A stretch of 64,000 nt of DNA from Sphagnum compactum. Its lineage: Eukaryota. Made by a program: the position numbers and the translations under genes. The stretch lies in NCBI GenBank assembly GCA_965153455.1, contig OZ234494.1, forward strand, positions 3,968,001 through 4,032,000, written 5' to 3'. How positions within the stretch are numbered: position 1 is the stretch's first letter; each line of letters opens with the position of its first letter. Shown piece after piece: positions 39,121 to 52,917 of the stretch. The notes under the pieces were generated by a model. It did no database searches. It saw only the letters and a list, made by a program, of their open reading frames with translations, and was not told the DNA's origin.

Positions 39121-40479
39121 TTTATTGTTGAAAACTATAAAATGCAAAACACTTCTTATGCAAACAATTGTAAAGCTCAAACAAAAAATGAAATAAATCT
39201 AGAGTTTATAGAGTTTTACACAAGTGATTGATTTGCTCCTATTTTTGTTTTGTTTGAATGTGTTGCAACTTCATTGTTGACGTGTGATTCTGTAACCAAG
39301 ATTAATGCAATTTGTGCTTGCACGTTTGTGTTGGTTTTCAACTTTCCATGGTGTTTTGGTTTGATCAATTTTTATTTTCTTTTTAGGTTTTGAAGTTTTG
39401 GATGTTTAAGGAAAACAAAGTCAAGGGCTGGTTGAAAACTTTGCGAATCAATCTTCATTTTGGTATTTAAAAGCTTTAGTGTTCAAAAGACTATATAGAA
39501 CTAGTTGGAGGTGTTTTGATTTGCCTTTTGTCTTCTTTGGTGTTGAAGTTTAAGTGTCTAAAAAAACATAGTTGTGGTGTCTATTTTTTATGTTTGAACT
39601 TGAATGTTTAAAAAATATAAAGCCATGAAGTTGTAAGTTGAAAGAATTGTAAAGTTAAAGTTTGTGGTATCTTGAATTAATCTTGTACATTTTATCTTTT
39701 TTTCAATCTTGAATGTTTAAAGAACAAGAGAATTAAGGGCTTGAAAATTGTGTGAATTAGCAAGTTTGTTCTGACTTTTTGAAATTTTACAAAGGGCAGG
39801 GCGTTAAAAGTTGAAAGAATTGCAAAGTCGCAAGTTGTGTTTGTTTATATTTGGTTTTACAACTTGTTTATGTTTGGGAGGCCAAGGACAAAAAAGAGAA
39901 CACCCCCTCCAAGAGTGCACTATGTCTCAACCTTTTGTGTATGGACACTTTAGTTCACGAAGATGATAATGGCTATATGCAACATGAGAAACTCCAACTT
40001 CTGATTTTCAAGAGGTGTCATCATCATCCAAGGGTGGGTGACAACAATTACACTTTTGATTATTTAGTCATTATGCATTGTAGCCATTTTGTAATAGCTC
40101 ATATGATTAAAGTCTAGAACAATTTTCTATGTTGGGTGAAACAATTTACACCCTTTCTTGTACCATGGACTTTGGCACAATGTTTGTAGTGACAATTTCA
40201 CATGTACATTGTCTTTGATTATTTTTTGCATGGAAAATGATGTCAATTTTGATTATGCTTGTCATCCTCATACCTAGGTACTTGTTTGCAAGGCATCCTA
40301 CATATAAATGAATGTTTTGCATGCTCAAATATAAAATGAAAACTAGTTTATGTCCATGCATGTAAGACCTAACTTCCCCAAAAAATCAACAAGCCCAGGC
40401 CCTATGTTACAATTTTCTTTTAGGCCATGTCTGGAAGGTATCTTTGCAAGTACATATCCGCCCAACAATGGTTTTTACT

Positions 40480-40770
40480 ACCTACCTTCTAACAACCCAG
40501 GAGCCCTTACCTGCATACCAACCACCTCGATGCATACCTATTTAATAACTTAGTAGGTACCTAGTTTGGTAGATAATAGGTAAGTAGTACCTAGAGGTAG
40601 AATAAGTAGGTACCTAGGTAGTAGGTAGGTATGTATGTAATGCCTACTTAATAAATAGGTAAGTAGTTAGGTAGGTGCCTAGTAGTAGGTTTTATTTTAG
40701 GTATGTACTACTTATATTTAGTAGGTAGGTATGTATGTACTACATAGTAAGTAGGTAGATAATAGGTTGT
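40480..40770. repeat. TAGG/CCTA-rich low-complexity tract
   Basis: Repeated taggta/agtagg/tacct motifs. Similar tracts lie at 50580-50870 and 63440-63565. Confidence 0.65.
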
Positions 40771-41149
40771 ACTAGCTCATAAACACATATTTAATTAATT
40801 TAGGACTTTTCCTTACTTCTTGGATGGTATAAACTTCGTCTAATGGGCACCAGATTATTAAAATGTAACCTTATATTCAAGTAAAAACAATAATCATTCG
40901 CAAAGATAACATCCACAAAGACATTTTGTTTTAAAATGGTACTTCTTTTTTCATCAAAGCAAAAACATCTGTAAAATATAAATAACTGCTGGGGTGCATG
41001 GCATGTAGGGAATCCCAAGTGTTAGCAGCTCGATTCACTTCTAGGAAAGTAGGTTGCAAAGTGGGTTGGTAGCCCGAAAACAATGGACAAGAGGGACACA
41101 CCCATGGCGTACCAAAACTTTGGACTTCTTTCTAAAAGGATTTTACCAG

Positions 41150-41843
41150 AGAGGAAAATGCACCTAAATGCAAAGAGCTGAAGAAGCAGCTAAAGTGATT
41201 GTAGAGAATATACAGCAAATTGAAGCAAAAAGAGCTGAAAAATGGGAGAGAGACTATGGAAAGACCTGCCAAATGCAAAGACCTGAAGAAGCAGATCTAA
41301 ACTGATTGTAGAGAGTAATATTTACAGCTATTTGAAGCAAAAGAGCTAAACCAAAAGAGCTTGAAATGGGAGAGACTATGGATCCATCTGTCTAAATGCA
41401 AAGCTCAAGAAGCAGCTACTGATGGTAGAGAACAAACAGTCATTTGCAGCTCAAAAGAACCAAACCAGAAAAAAGCTCACAAATGGGACAGACTATGAAT
41501 TCATCTGCCAAATGCTAAGCTCAAGAATCAATTGAACTGATTGTAGAGAATAAACAGCTATTTGAAGCAAAAGAGCTGGTCCAAGAAAAAGCTCACAAAT
41601 GGGAGAGACTAAGGACACACTGATCTACCAAAATGCAAAGCTCATGAAGCAGCTAAACTGATGGTTAGAGAACAAACACTCTAGTAAAGAACTGAACCCA
41701 AAAAAGCTTTCAAATGGAATCAGACTAGTTACAGATTCATCTGCTAAATGCAAAGCTCAAGAATCATCAGCTAAACTGATGGAAAGAACAAATGGAGCTA
41801 TAAAATGGAGAAAGCTTCAAGAAGCAATCTGCAGCTGAACTGA
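41150..41843 (-). repeat. Tandem array (~105-123-bp unit x 6) homologous to the SSL stop-codon region
   Basis: Units anchored by aaatgcaaag at ~41165, 41271, 41394, 41510, 41631, 41746. The unit core aactgattgtagagaataaacagctatttgaagcaaaagagc matches gene sequence aactgattattgtagaggataaacagctatctggggcaagagaac (41837-41882). Confidence 0.85.
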
Positions 41844-44052
41844 TTATTGTAGAGGATAAACAGCTATCTGGGGCAAGAGAACAGAGCCAATATAAAGCTT
41901 CCCATTATGCTCTTCCACTTCACTGACGAATCGAACACTCTGTCCGGTCTGATCCTCAAGAACCTCCTTCACATTCCCCTCAGGATCATACCGCAAGATC
42001 ATTGCATGCGGCTTTCCAATGGCAAGCCGGTACAACAATTTTTGTGGAACTGGAAGACGGCCCAGCAGATACCGCAGCCATGGGAGAGTCCCCAGAAATG
42101 TGTCAGCAGCATAGCGAACTGAATGCAAAGCTACCCAAAAATCACCCTCTTCATTGCATCGAACATTATCAGGCCATCCGGGCAAGATCACAAATGTGTG
42201 ATGCATGCCTGCTTTCTCCCCTTGCAACCAATACTGCACCAACCTACATCAGCCCCCCCCCCCAATTTTTTTTTGTTGGAAAACAGAAATCAAGAAGAAT
42301 GATCAACAGCAGCAGCAGCATAAAGAAGAAGAAAGGAATTGCAAAGAAATATGGATTGATTTCCATTACCTGCCATTTCTGGCATCACAAATTAAGACAA
42401 AGGTCCCATCTCTACTCACAGCTACCCCATTGGAAAACCGCAAATCCTTGATGAGTGTTGTGGTCTCTTTTGTGACAGGATCATACTTGATGAATCTGCC
42501 TGTGTTGTCACCTTCAAAAGTTGCAAGGAAAAATTGTCTGCAGGCCAAGTTCGTCACCGACAGGAAAGAATCCAGTCAGTCACAGCTTCGGCTTTTTCTT
42601 CTTCTTGTTAGACAAAAGAAGCAGCAAGAAACTTATAGCAAAGGGCAGAAATTATTATTGAAACCTTGATAGGTTGAAGAGAGCTTGAAGAAGAAGATGT
42701 GAAGCTTTTGCTTGAACTTTTTGTTTGGATTTCATTTGGACATCTTGCCAATAGGCTGCTGTGATCACAGATGTTTTTTCAAGTAGTTGTGCTCACAGTC
42801 ATCTCACAACTTTACTGGTCAAGCATTGACCAGTTGCACGAGCTGTGAGAGCTATGAGTGAAACTGTGACTCTGCCATACAATGAAATGTGCCTTCTATT
42901 CATAAGAACATGTATTCCCAGAGGTCCCAGAGAACATACTTTCACCACAGTTGCAGCAACTCTCCAATGGAAAGTGACTGTCCTGCAGCAAGAAACAAGG
43001 CCCTATGTCAGAGTGCTGTGATCACAGCAGCCTAATGGAAAGAGACCCTTACTTACCTTCGAGTCCATCTAGTGCTGCTGTCGGTGAAATACAAAATGCC
43101 ATCGTCATCGAAATCAAGATCATTGCAGAGCTTCATTGGAACGCCGTCGATGTGTGTGACAACAGCCTCCGTTTGACCTCCTTCTGGTCCCACTTTCAGG
43201 ATCCCTAAGTATGCATCCGCAATCCAAAGCTCGCCTGTCTTCTTGTTGAACCGCAGCCCCAAGGGTCGTCCACATACATGCTCAAACGCCAGATTCGAGG
43301 CTGGCGGATCCTTGGGCGCACAAATCTCTGACCTTGAAGAATGAGAAAAGATCAACACCCACCCACAAACACAAAATGGGATACCTGTAGATGATCCCAT
43401 CGCAAAAGCCGCCATATTTTGAGGAGATAAATGTCACAGTTGCCATATGTAGAGAATGAGCTGATATTCGTAGGCAGAACTACGCAGGATTCTTTAAAAA
43501 ATCTACTTTACTCTCTGACTGACCTGTAGCTAAATTTGGCTCATTCCTCTTGTGGATGATCGCCTGTCCACCTAATTGATAAAATTGCAAAAAAAAAAAA
43601 CGCTGAGTAACAGCGGAGTCAGCACGAGCAGCGAAGAAGATGACGAGGAAGAAGACGGAATTTTGTGTGTGTCTGTGTGAAAGACTCAGACTTTACCGAT
43701 TTTTCGAAGTGTATGCGAATGTGGACCAGCCGAGCTCTGGGCCATCATATCTGACGATCCTGCCATCGCTGACGCCTGTGTATGGTCCTCTTCCTTGCGA
43801 GTCGAACACGAAGCTCTCGGGTCCAAGGAACGGAACCTTCCAAATCTGCGACTTCTTGTGGAGCTTGCTCTCATTGTCTCTGCAAAGATTGGCAAGCACG
43901 TCAAACGGAGCTGGTGCCAAATACTGTGGCTTGAAATCTTTGATCCCTCTTGCAATTGACAAGTGCAATGGATCCGTGCCCAAATACCATGCTACAATTG
44001 TGATCAACAACGTTGGCACTCCTATCCTCCAGTTTACACATAAAGTTACCAT
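41844..44052 (-). CDS. SSL: Strictosidine synthase-like protein (SSL / APMAP-like six-bladed beta-propeller), 399 aa
   Basis: Exons 44052-43697, 43332-43057, 42537-42370, 42243-41844 (1200 nt, phases consistent). Motifs GPESFVFDSQGRGPYTGVSDGRI, CGRPLGLRF, IADAYLG, CNDLD, YFTDSS, FSNGVAVS, LPGWPDN, VSEVEEHNGKLYIGSV. N-terminal hydrophobic anchor. Confidence 0.93.
43406..43590 (+). repeat. Dispersed repeat in SSL intron 1 (second copy at ~63645-63835)
   Basis: Shared cgccatatt(t/c)tgagg...gcaggattct...aaatttggctc(a/g)ttcctcttgtgga(t/c)gatcgcc. Confidence 0.7.
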
Positions 44053-47000
44053 CTTGTTGAAATCTCAACACCACCTCCTCGTACTCCTACTCCTTTTCTG
44101 CCGCATCCACCAACTCCTTCTCTTCTTCTTCTGCTCTCCCTCAAACCTTCAACTTGGACTCAAAATTGTCAAACAAAAAACACTCTGCGCATCAATCAAC
44201 CCCTAAATAAAAATTTATCACCCAAAAGAATTATTCTTCACTAGTATATTGATCATCACTCAGCTGCTGCTGCTGGATCCACAAACACTATTCTCCACCC
44301 TCCCACCAGCACCCAACAGCTCAAAGGCCTCCCTGGGCTTTTCTTGTGTTGCTAGATCTTGAGCTGTAATGGTGCTCTCACTTCTGCTTACCTTTCTTTT
44401 TCATGAATGAAAGAAAAGTGAAAAAAAGAAGACTGAGAAAGTGTTTTGTCTGATGAAGAAGACTGAGGAAGTGTTTGTTGCCAAATTTACCATGCAAAAT
44501 GACCAAAAACCCTTCTACTACCTTAGCCTGCTAATGGGGTTCTTTCAGCAATTGCCAATTGCCAAATGGTTCATATATTTTGAGGATTTAACTTTGACAC
44601 ATGGATGTTTGAATTCTCTGGTGTTTTGGGCATGTAAGGGAATATATAAAGTATCATGAGTAGGCCAGATAGTTGTGTCACATGTGTGCAGTGTGCAGCA
44701 GTCTTTTTGGTCTGGCCCCTTATTGCAAGCTCAAACCAGCAGTTACAGTTAAAAAGAAGAAATGAACCCAGTTCCCAAAATATGAACCCAGTGAATGTTC
44801 CAAACACTGTGAGACCAAATGAAAGCTACATTGTTACCATAGACTCTCACAACAAAGAAGGAAGGAAATGGAGGAAGGAAGGAAGGAAGGACCTGAGTCC
44901 AGAGTCTAATTGCTAGCCTTCTAAATCCAAACTATGTGCCAGCAAAATGCTCAGACTCATTTTGTTTAGTAGAGAATTAAGGGGAAACATTGACATTCTC
45001 TTTTTTACTTTTGACTTTGCCATGAGGAAAGTTTGTCATTACCATTTGAATGTAAATGTTGGTGGAAAGGTGTTGAGTTCTTATTGTGTTTTTGTGTACA
45101 GTACTGAGGGTTGGTGAAAGTTGATTGGAGACGGATTGAGAGAAAGAAAGAAAGGCACGGCTCCTTCTTCCCAAGAGTTTTATTCCTATTGGATATCGGT
45201 CGGGTTACCTTTGAGACTAAGAAAATATGTGAAAGAGGGAAATCCATATTATGTACTGGTCTCTGAGACAACCCAATGGAGTGGCAGATGGCCACAACCT
45301 GGGTCTGACAAATGGCCATTACTTTACGTAATTGGCACTTAGGACAGATTCTGCCACATCAATAGGAACTTTGTAGACTATTTGCTAGATCCGAAGATGT
45401 TCTGTATGCAAGTGAAAGAGCTCTTGACCCTAAGAATCTCAGGATGAAGGACAAAATCTCTCCTAATTGTCAATTAGGAAAGTAAGTAGGTCTACCATAG
45501 GTGTTGTTGAGCACACAAATTGTATGACACATTTTCCAGAAACAATGAATGTGACAACAGAAGTGTGGCATGACATGTGAATATGTGCACAATCCATTGG
45601 AAACCCATTATGACTACGAACCACAAGTGAGCCACCAAGGTTCCACCTTAGTAACCTATCCTGTAAACCCTTCTGCTTCCACCTCACACAAGTAGATGAC
45701 CCTGTTATCATCCAAGTAGGTTATCAATCTTTAAACATTAATACACAATTTTTTTTAAACCAAAAATAATAATAATAATAATATTTTTTAAAACCTTATA
45801 ATTAATGTATAACCAGCAGGTTAACAGATGGTTTTCAACCGGTTATTTGAAAACTTACCCTTATGCATAACCAATAGTTATTACCCATAATTTTTGACAA
45901 ACTACACGGCACCCAAATTGATTTTGACACTGATATTGATATTATGTGTGGCACTCAAAAATTCATTTCAAAAAAATAACCTACCTGGTGGTTATATCAT
46001 TATAAAGCAATTACCAGCCAACACTGGACTGTACCATGCCTTTGGATCCAATCATATTCCCTATTTCAATGATCAAATGTATATCCAATTTGTGGATTCA
46101 TTCTTGCACCCAGCAAGGATGCAGAAGGCCAAGGGCCACTGGAGTGAATTTGCAAATTAGGGTTTAAATCACACTTATGTCATTGTTTGTTATTGGTGAC
46201 CTGCCTATAGGGAACTGCTGCCATCACAATTTACTTGAGTATGACTTATTGTGTGGGGGAGTGGGTTATAAATTGGTTGGGACCTTCTAGGTGAGGGTTT
46301 TCAAACCTTATCTATCCTTGAAAGTGAATGACAAAAGTGAATGACAAGTGTTTAAATTGTTAGAGAAACTTAAGATCAATGATTCTTGGAGTTGAAATTC
46401 AGAGATAAGGTTTTGGACTAGTGCTGGGCAATTATATGGTTTATCATCTGTCAATCTAGTAATGGAATAATTTTCACCAAAAAAAGAATAAAAATCCTAG
46501 AATGGAATAGGTTTAGCTACATTTATGCTTACTAGCTACAATTTTTTGAGTTGCTTAGAATAACATTCATTGCCAATCAAATAAAAATATACCTCCAAAT
46601 GCCCGCCAACTTGGCTCCATCAAGAAATTGAAAAACAAAACAGTGGTTGTGATCTGAATCATATTGTAGTACCTATTTTAACAATAACATGTTGGGAACC
46701 ATTTAATGCAAAATATATAACCACTATTATTTGGAAACTTGTAAACTTCAACCCCCCTCATTTATGTACCTTCACCTCTAACTCACATCAACCTTCTTCT
46801 AAAAACAATGGACAATCAAAGGACGTTTGATAATATAAAGAGTTTCTGCTTTGATGGAGGGCCTTTTTTTTAGGAATTTTACTATGTTTTAGGTGATTAT
46901 GTCCTAGTTATAATAGGTAAACCAAGATAACTTAAGTTGGAACTAGCTCTAGTGTTAATATAATTTCAATGGGAAATAAATCTTTGAATTGGATGACTCA

Positions 47001-47799
47001 AATTCAAAAAAATTGATTTGAGATCACACCACTCTTTTGTGTTATGTTGTGTTTGTTTTCCAACTTTTTATGCAAGTTTATTTATCCACAATGGTTTCAA
47101 TTATATGTGGATTCTTGTGTGAGTAAATGAGTTGTATTTTGAATCCAAAAAATTGGGTCTAATTGAATAGTGTTATAACTAGATTTGTTGTCTTTTTTAG
47201 CAGGAGTTTGTTCACATTTTGCATGGGATTTATTTGTAGCAAGTGTCGTGTAGTTCTAAGCTCCATGCTTGAGTTATGTTTTTTCATTAAAAGTTTTTGT
47301 TTTGTTTTGCAATTAGCGGGAGTTACAATTGAAGGGGCAAACCGAAGGCAATTTTGAAAAATTTTGGCTTGGTTTTCATTTTTAAACTCCTTTGGGAATT
47401 GAACCCAAACATGGCTTAAGTACCTTAAAGTTTTGACCAAAAAAAAACAATAAGAACCAAAAAGAGCTTTGGCCTTGTCATCTATAAAAGGCCCCCTCCT
47501 CTTTCTTTCTCTCTCTACCCTTCTTTCTTTTGCTTCCTTTCTCTTTGTGGCCAATAACAATGTGCCCAAAAACAATGGTGAAAACAACAAGTATGACATA
47601 GAATAACCATGCCATCATCAAGCCCCAAGTTTAGGTGACTTTCAACAACTAATCTATAGTAACAACAACAAGGCCCGAGGGTGCCATATCCTCCTCCTCC
47701 TCCTCCTCTTCCTTGTTTGAGTAGTAATAACAACAAATGTAGCTGCAACAAACAACAAGGGAAAAAGGGGGGGTGCCATCACCTTTTCTAGGACCTTCA

Positions 47800-48480
47800 T
47801 TAATGGTTCAATGATGGTAGGAGGTCATCCTCTTCATTGTCTTGATCTTTGTCATTGTGCACAAAAATAACCATAACAGCATAACTACTACAACTAAAAA
47901 GGCAACTAAAGGGAGGGTGAAAGGGGTGGTGATGGGAGGAATCAAGCTCCATCGTCATCACTATCCTACACTGGAGCTCACCAAACTTCTTATGGGCCAA
48001 AGAAGTTTGGCACATTTGGGAAGTCCACAAGGCTTGGGAAAGCTTTGAGATAAAAGTCACAAAGTCCAATTGGAACTAGAGGCTTTTCTTGTGGCAAATA
48101 TAGTTCAACTATGGGTCTGGCTTTACATTGTTGGATTTGCATTGTTTGTAGAATGTGGCCTCTTTCTTTGGATTTACATCCGGTTTTGGGTTCTCCAATT
48201 TGCGGAGTTTTTATTTCCATCTTTAGGTCATCAAGTCAATCAATTATAGGCATCACCCATGAATTGCATGGACTAACTAAGGCCACTAATGCATCAACTT
48301 TGGGTGCTTCAAGTTCTACTAAGCTTGGCACCTTGGGTGTTGCAAGTTTTGTTGGCACCTTTGGTTCTTTAAGCAAATAAAAAACATCAATTTTTGCCAA
48401 TGGTGCATTTGCATCAACTTTTGCTACTCGAGGTCCCACTTTTGGAGAACCAAGCAAAAAAAAAAGGCAAATATTAAGAA
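47800..48480 (-). pseudogene. Highly decayed coding-like relic, possibly gag/zinc-knuckle
   Basis: Elevated GC, GCKSKERGH resembling a decayed CX2CX4H knuckle, and a repetitive VPTKLATPKVP segment. No intact motif. Confidence 0.25.
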
Positions 48481-48549
48481 GGTGTTCAAAGAAGAATGGG
48501 TTGCCCAATTTCCTTAGGACTGAACTTGTGGTAGATCCTACAAGCAAGA

Positions 48550-51500
48550 TCCTTGCATGGTGCACTACAAGGTTTGTTCCATGGTTGAAGGTAGGAAAAA
48601 CTTTGAAACCTTAAATTGAATGGTTTGCAAAAGCACGCAAGAAAAGGAAAACCCTAGTCCCTTGTTGAAGAGTTTTGGTGGGTGAATATTGTATCAACAA
48701 TGATAGCCAACACAAAAGAAGTGAAGAGGTCTTTGCCTAGGCCCAAGCTAGCGTAGGCCCAAACTTTATTGCATTGAAGTTAGTGGTCATGTAAGGAAGG
48801 CTGAAAAGAAAAAAAACTTTGTCCAATTTGTGGCAATTTTCCATTGCTGAAACATGGTAGACCCATGAATAATTTTGAACATATGAAAGGTTTGTTTGAT
48901 TTTTTGAAAATACACCACACATCCAAGAAACATTGGACAAACTCAAGTGACTAGGATATGGCAACTACCATGCACAATGTCATTTCAAAACAAATTGTAT
49001 TGCTAGTCTAACAAACCAAATTCATTTCAATTAACTGTGATGAGGTCATCACTTTGGACAACTAGTATTGGATATATATTCACATGAATATTGCTAATAA
49101 TTTGTCGCATGGTGCTAATTCTTTTGAATCTTGAAAAAATTGTTGATGGAGGTACATTTGACAACCTCACTACTATAATTATTTGTTATCTTGACATTTT
49201 TGGTGGCATGTTAAAAACTAACCTTGATTACAAAGTGGTGTGTTTTGGGGTTGATGGTGTAATAGTTTTCCAAGGCTTGAAAACCAATGTGAATATCTAA
49301 TTGATTAACAAGCACTACCTTTTCTTTGTAGAGATTCACCAAAATGGCACATCAACATAATCTTGTTGTCCAAACTTTATCATCCCTAAACTTTGTTGTG
49401 AAGATTGAGGGTTTACTTTCGTCTTTGTACACCAATTATATCCAATCCCCAAAAAAGACTTGGAATGCACCAAATTGGTTAATTGAATCAAGGGGTTTGA
49501 AAATTTTGAAAAACATTCAGACACAATGGATCTCAATGTTAACATATTTTAAACGATTGTCATGTGAGTATAAATCTCTTGTTGTGAATATGTTCAATGA
49601 TCTTCCTACTAATCCAGTTACTACCACTAATTCTAAATTGTTATGTGATGTGGAAATTGTGATGGAACTAACAAATGTGTTACAAAGTAATCCAAAGTTT
49701 GAACAAACCTACTCAAAACCAAAAATTGCTTCATTTGTGATTTTGTGGCAATAATGAAGTTTATTCAAGTTGATCTCTACAAACTTTATGTGGATCTTGA
49801 TTGACATTTCTCACACGACCAGTTCTACATATTTGTGGATTTGGTGGGGTTCAAATTTAATGTGTTATCAACAATTTGGAACCCTAAGCCCACTGCATAA
49901 ATGGATTATGTTGCCTTTTGTTTCAAAGAACAGTTTTACATGTTGCACAAAACTAGCAACTACACTAAAGTTGTGTACATGGTCACCAAAGAGGATCAAG
50001 GGCATTTGTACACCAAGATGTAAAAAACCAATGCACTTTTGTTGCAAAAAGGTTCGATAATTGAACTTGATAGAAGATTTTCAATGTAAGAACTCATGAA
50101 TGCTCACTATGAGAAAATGGGGTGATTTGCAACTAGTCTTATAACTAGGTTTTTCAATTGCAATGACCATTTGCAAATTATTACAACTCAATGAATTTCT
50201 ACAGGTGTGAGTGCTATTAGACAAGTTATATGAGTTATAACGAATGCAATTCATCGAATGTGAAATCATATACATATACAACTCATGCAACTCAGCTACA
50301 ACTATGTAAGAACAATTACTATGTAACTTTAATGCAACTACCATGGTAATGTCATGGTAATGTTATTTTTCATTGATCCATCAAAATCTAACACGTGGCA
50401 CTATGGGGATTTTTGGGTGAAAATTATTTTCTTTTTGAAACATTGATCTCCACCATCCATTATGATAATTATTCATTTTATATGGTCTTAGATTATGACA
50501 CGTAGTGCAATTAAAAGTTGCCATGTGGCATATTAATTGAATTTGAAAAAATAATAAATTAAAATAAATATATATTTAAATAGTTAGGTTGGTTGATACA
50601 TAGGCATAAATAGGAAGGTAAGTTAGTAGGTCCAACCTACATACCTATGTACATAAGTAACATTAGGTAGGTAGGTAAAACTAAGTAAATAGAACATACA
50701 TACATACTTATGCTACATACCCACTTACTTACATAGGTAGGTAAATAAAACCTACCTACATTACATACCTACTTACTTACCAAAGTAGGTCAATAAAAAA
50801 GTAAGACAAATTACTTACTTACCTAGGTAAGCAAGTAAGTACAAAAGTAGAAGAGTAGGTGAACTAAAAAGTAGCCTGTAAATATTTTTATTTTATTTTA
50901 TGTTTTATCTTTAGTTTAAGTTTTTTTAAGCTCATCCCAAATTGGCACATGTTATGTGAGCACACAAAACAATACATTTTTTTTATATAGTTAGTGAAAT
51001 GAAATTCAAGGACAAAACATATGGTTTAAATCTTTTAATTGCACATTAGTTGCAAATTGGATTGCAACTAGAAAAAGATTCTCCCACAATTTTCTATTCA
51101 TTTTTAATTTGAATTCAAATGATTATTTTTAATCATTTGATTATTTTTTGAATTAATCAGTCTAATTTTAATAACTAGTTAATTAGTTATTAGATGATTA
51201 ATGATCTAAATTCAAATAAAACTTAGACAATTAATCATTTGAATCCCCAAACTTTATTATTTGGATTATTTTATAGTTAATTATTTGAATTAATTAATTG
51301 ATGAATTATCTAAAATAATTAGCATAATTCATATATTTTTTAATTAATTATTTCACATAATTAATTATATTAATTTTGAAATGATATTTAATTATTTGAA
51401 CTAAATATTTTTATTAAATGATCTAGTTTTAATAATTAATTAATTATAAATTGATTATTTGATTCAATTAGCAAACTAATTGTCTAAATTAAACTTATCA

Positions 51501-52592
51501 ATTCAAATTAACTATTAATTATTTAATATTTAAACGAATAATTTATTAAAAATAAAATAATTTATTTAATATTGCCTTATTAACATTTGAACAATAATAA
51601 AGAAATAGCAGAAAAATATTATTTTTATAATGACAAAATAGTGACACAATTAGTTATATCAATGGAAATCATAATTAATTGCAAATCTCATATCTAATGG
51701 GCGATGGAAATGTGTACACGTGTCATGATTGTATGTGTCAACACTATACACTAGTTGCAACGTAATTCTTGATTGGGTGCTACATTTAGACCAATTGTAA
51801 TGTAATTGCCACATGTAACTAAAATGCAATTTGTTACAAAATCAAACATGATTGACTATATTAATATGTATGATGTGTACATTACACCATATAAGTGTTC
51901 TAATTACATTAAATTACAATTATAGTATAATTCCTTGATTTTTTGACGTGGTGTTTTATTTATTAAATGCCCATATTTTCATGTTTTAATTATAATGTAG
52001 TTGTATATTAATTGTTTTGGAGCTCTAGTTGCAAGGTAATGTGATTTTAGTGGATAAAATTTCTCATAGTAGCTACTAGCATTATTTACCCTCAATAATA
52101 TTGTACAATTAGAATTTGCCTTAACATTCCCCTAAAGATCTACAAATTGTAAAATCACATTACGATCACCACAAGATGATTCAATTAGATGGCAAATGAC
52201 ATGCACCTTTACCAAATCATGTTTTACTTGAATAGCAATCTAGTTCTTTTATGACCATCATGCAGTCCAACAATGAAATTACCATGAAACCTATGCATGA
52301 TTATAATCCAACCACTTGAATGTGGAGAAGGTTTGTTTTTAGTGTGATTTTGAAAGATAGAATTTTTGAATATTTCAAACTTGTTGAACTTGCAATTGTT
52401 GTTGTTCTAAGGGATGTTGGAAATAAATGTACCTTTTCTACTATCAATTTCATGAAGTTCAAATTGAGGAACCATTTAAGAATTAATCTAGATCTGGTTG
52501 TTAACATGTATGTTACTATACAAACATCTCCATTCCACGTTGTCATCACAAATTGGAATGAAACAATATTTCAATATGGGTTGGAGCTATAG
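48550..52592 (+). pseudogene. hAT-like (ZNF862/DUF4371-type) transposase relic split by a CACTA insertion
   Basis: FISINCDEVITLDN, CFGVDGVIVFQGLK, MAHQHNLVVQTLS, LKILKNIQTQWISML, ELMNA|TSIIYPQ across the insertion, and C-terminal EYFKLVELAIVVVL...TFSTINFMKFKLRNHL..NLDLVV. Confidence 0.8.
50105..52071. mobile_element. Non-autonomous CACTA element (~1.97 kb)
   Basis: CACTATGAGAAA ... TTTCTCATAGTA (last base G>A). Perfect 3-bp TSD GCT (50102-50104, 52072-52074). Subterminal (t)gcaacta/tagttgca repeats and an AT-rich interior. Confidence 0.85.
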
Positions 52593-52917
52593 AATTTTGG
52601 AATAATTCTATGAAAAGGCAACCTATTTGACATCTTCGTGAACCTTACCTTTTGCATTTAATCAAGATTGTAAGTCTTAGATCCTATCTATTTTCCCACT
52701 CAAGAATGAATCTAAATAGAAATGTTAATATTAATGTTTTTTATTTTGCAAATTTGCATTCCATTACAATAGGGCAATGTCTTCTTTGGACTAGTGTTCA
52801 ACTCCCTTGGAAGATATCATTACATCAAATTTGTTGCCACATAAAAATTGTGACAAGTGCATCTTCAACTCTAGGTTTTGAAAATGTATCAAAATTTCAG
52901 GTATTTTCACCTAGTTG

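Noticed and set aside
41844..44052. True strictosidine synthase / indole alkaloid pathway
   Set aside because: It lacks the STR catalytic Glu position and retains SSL-type metal ligands
42002..44206. Long plus-strand ORFs (42002-42451, 42205-42669, 43640-44206)
   Set aside because: Antisense shadows of SSL exons and introns
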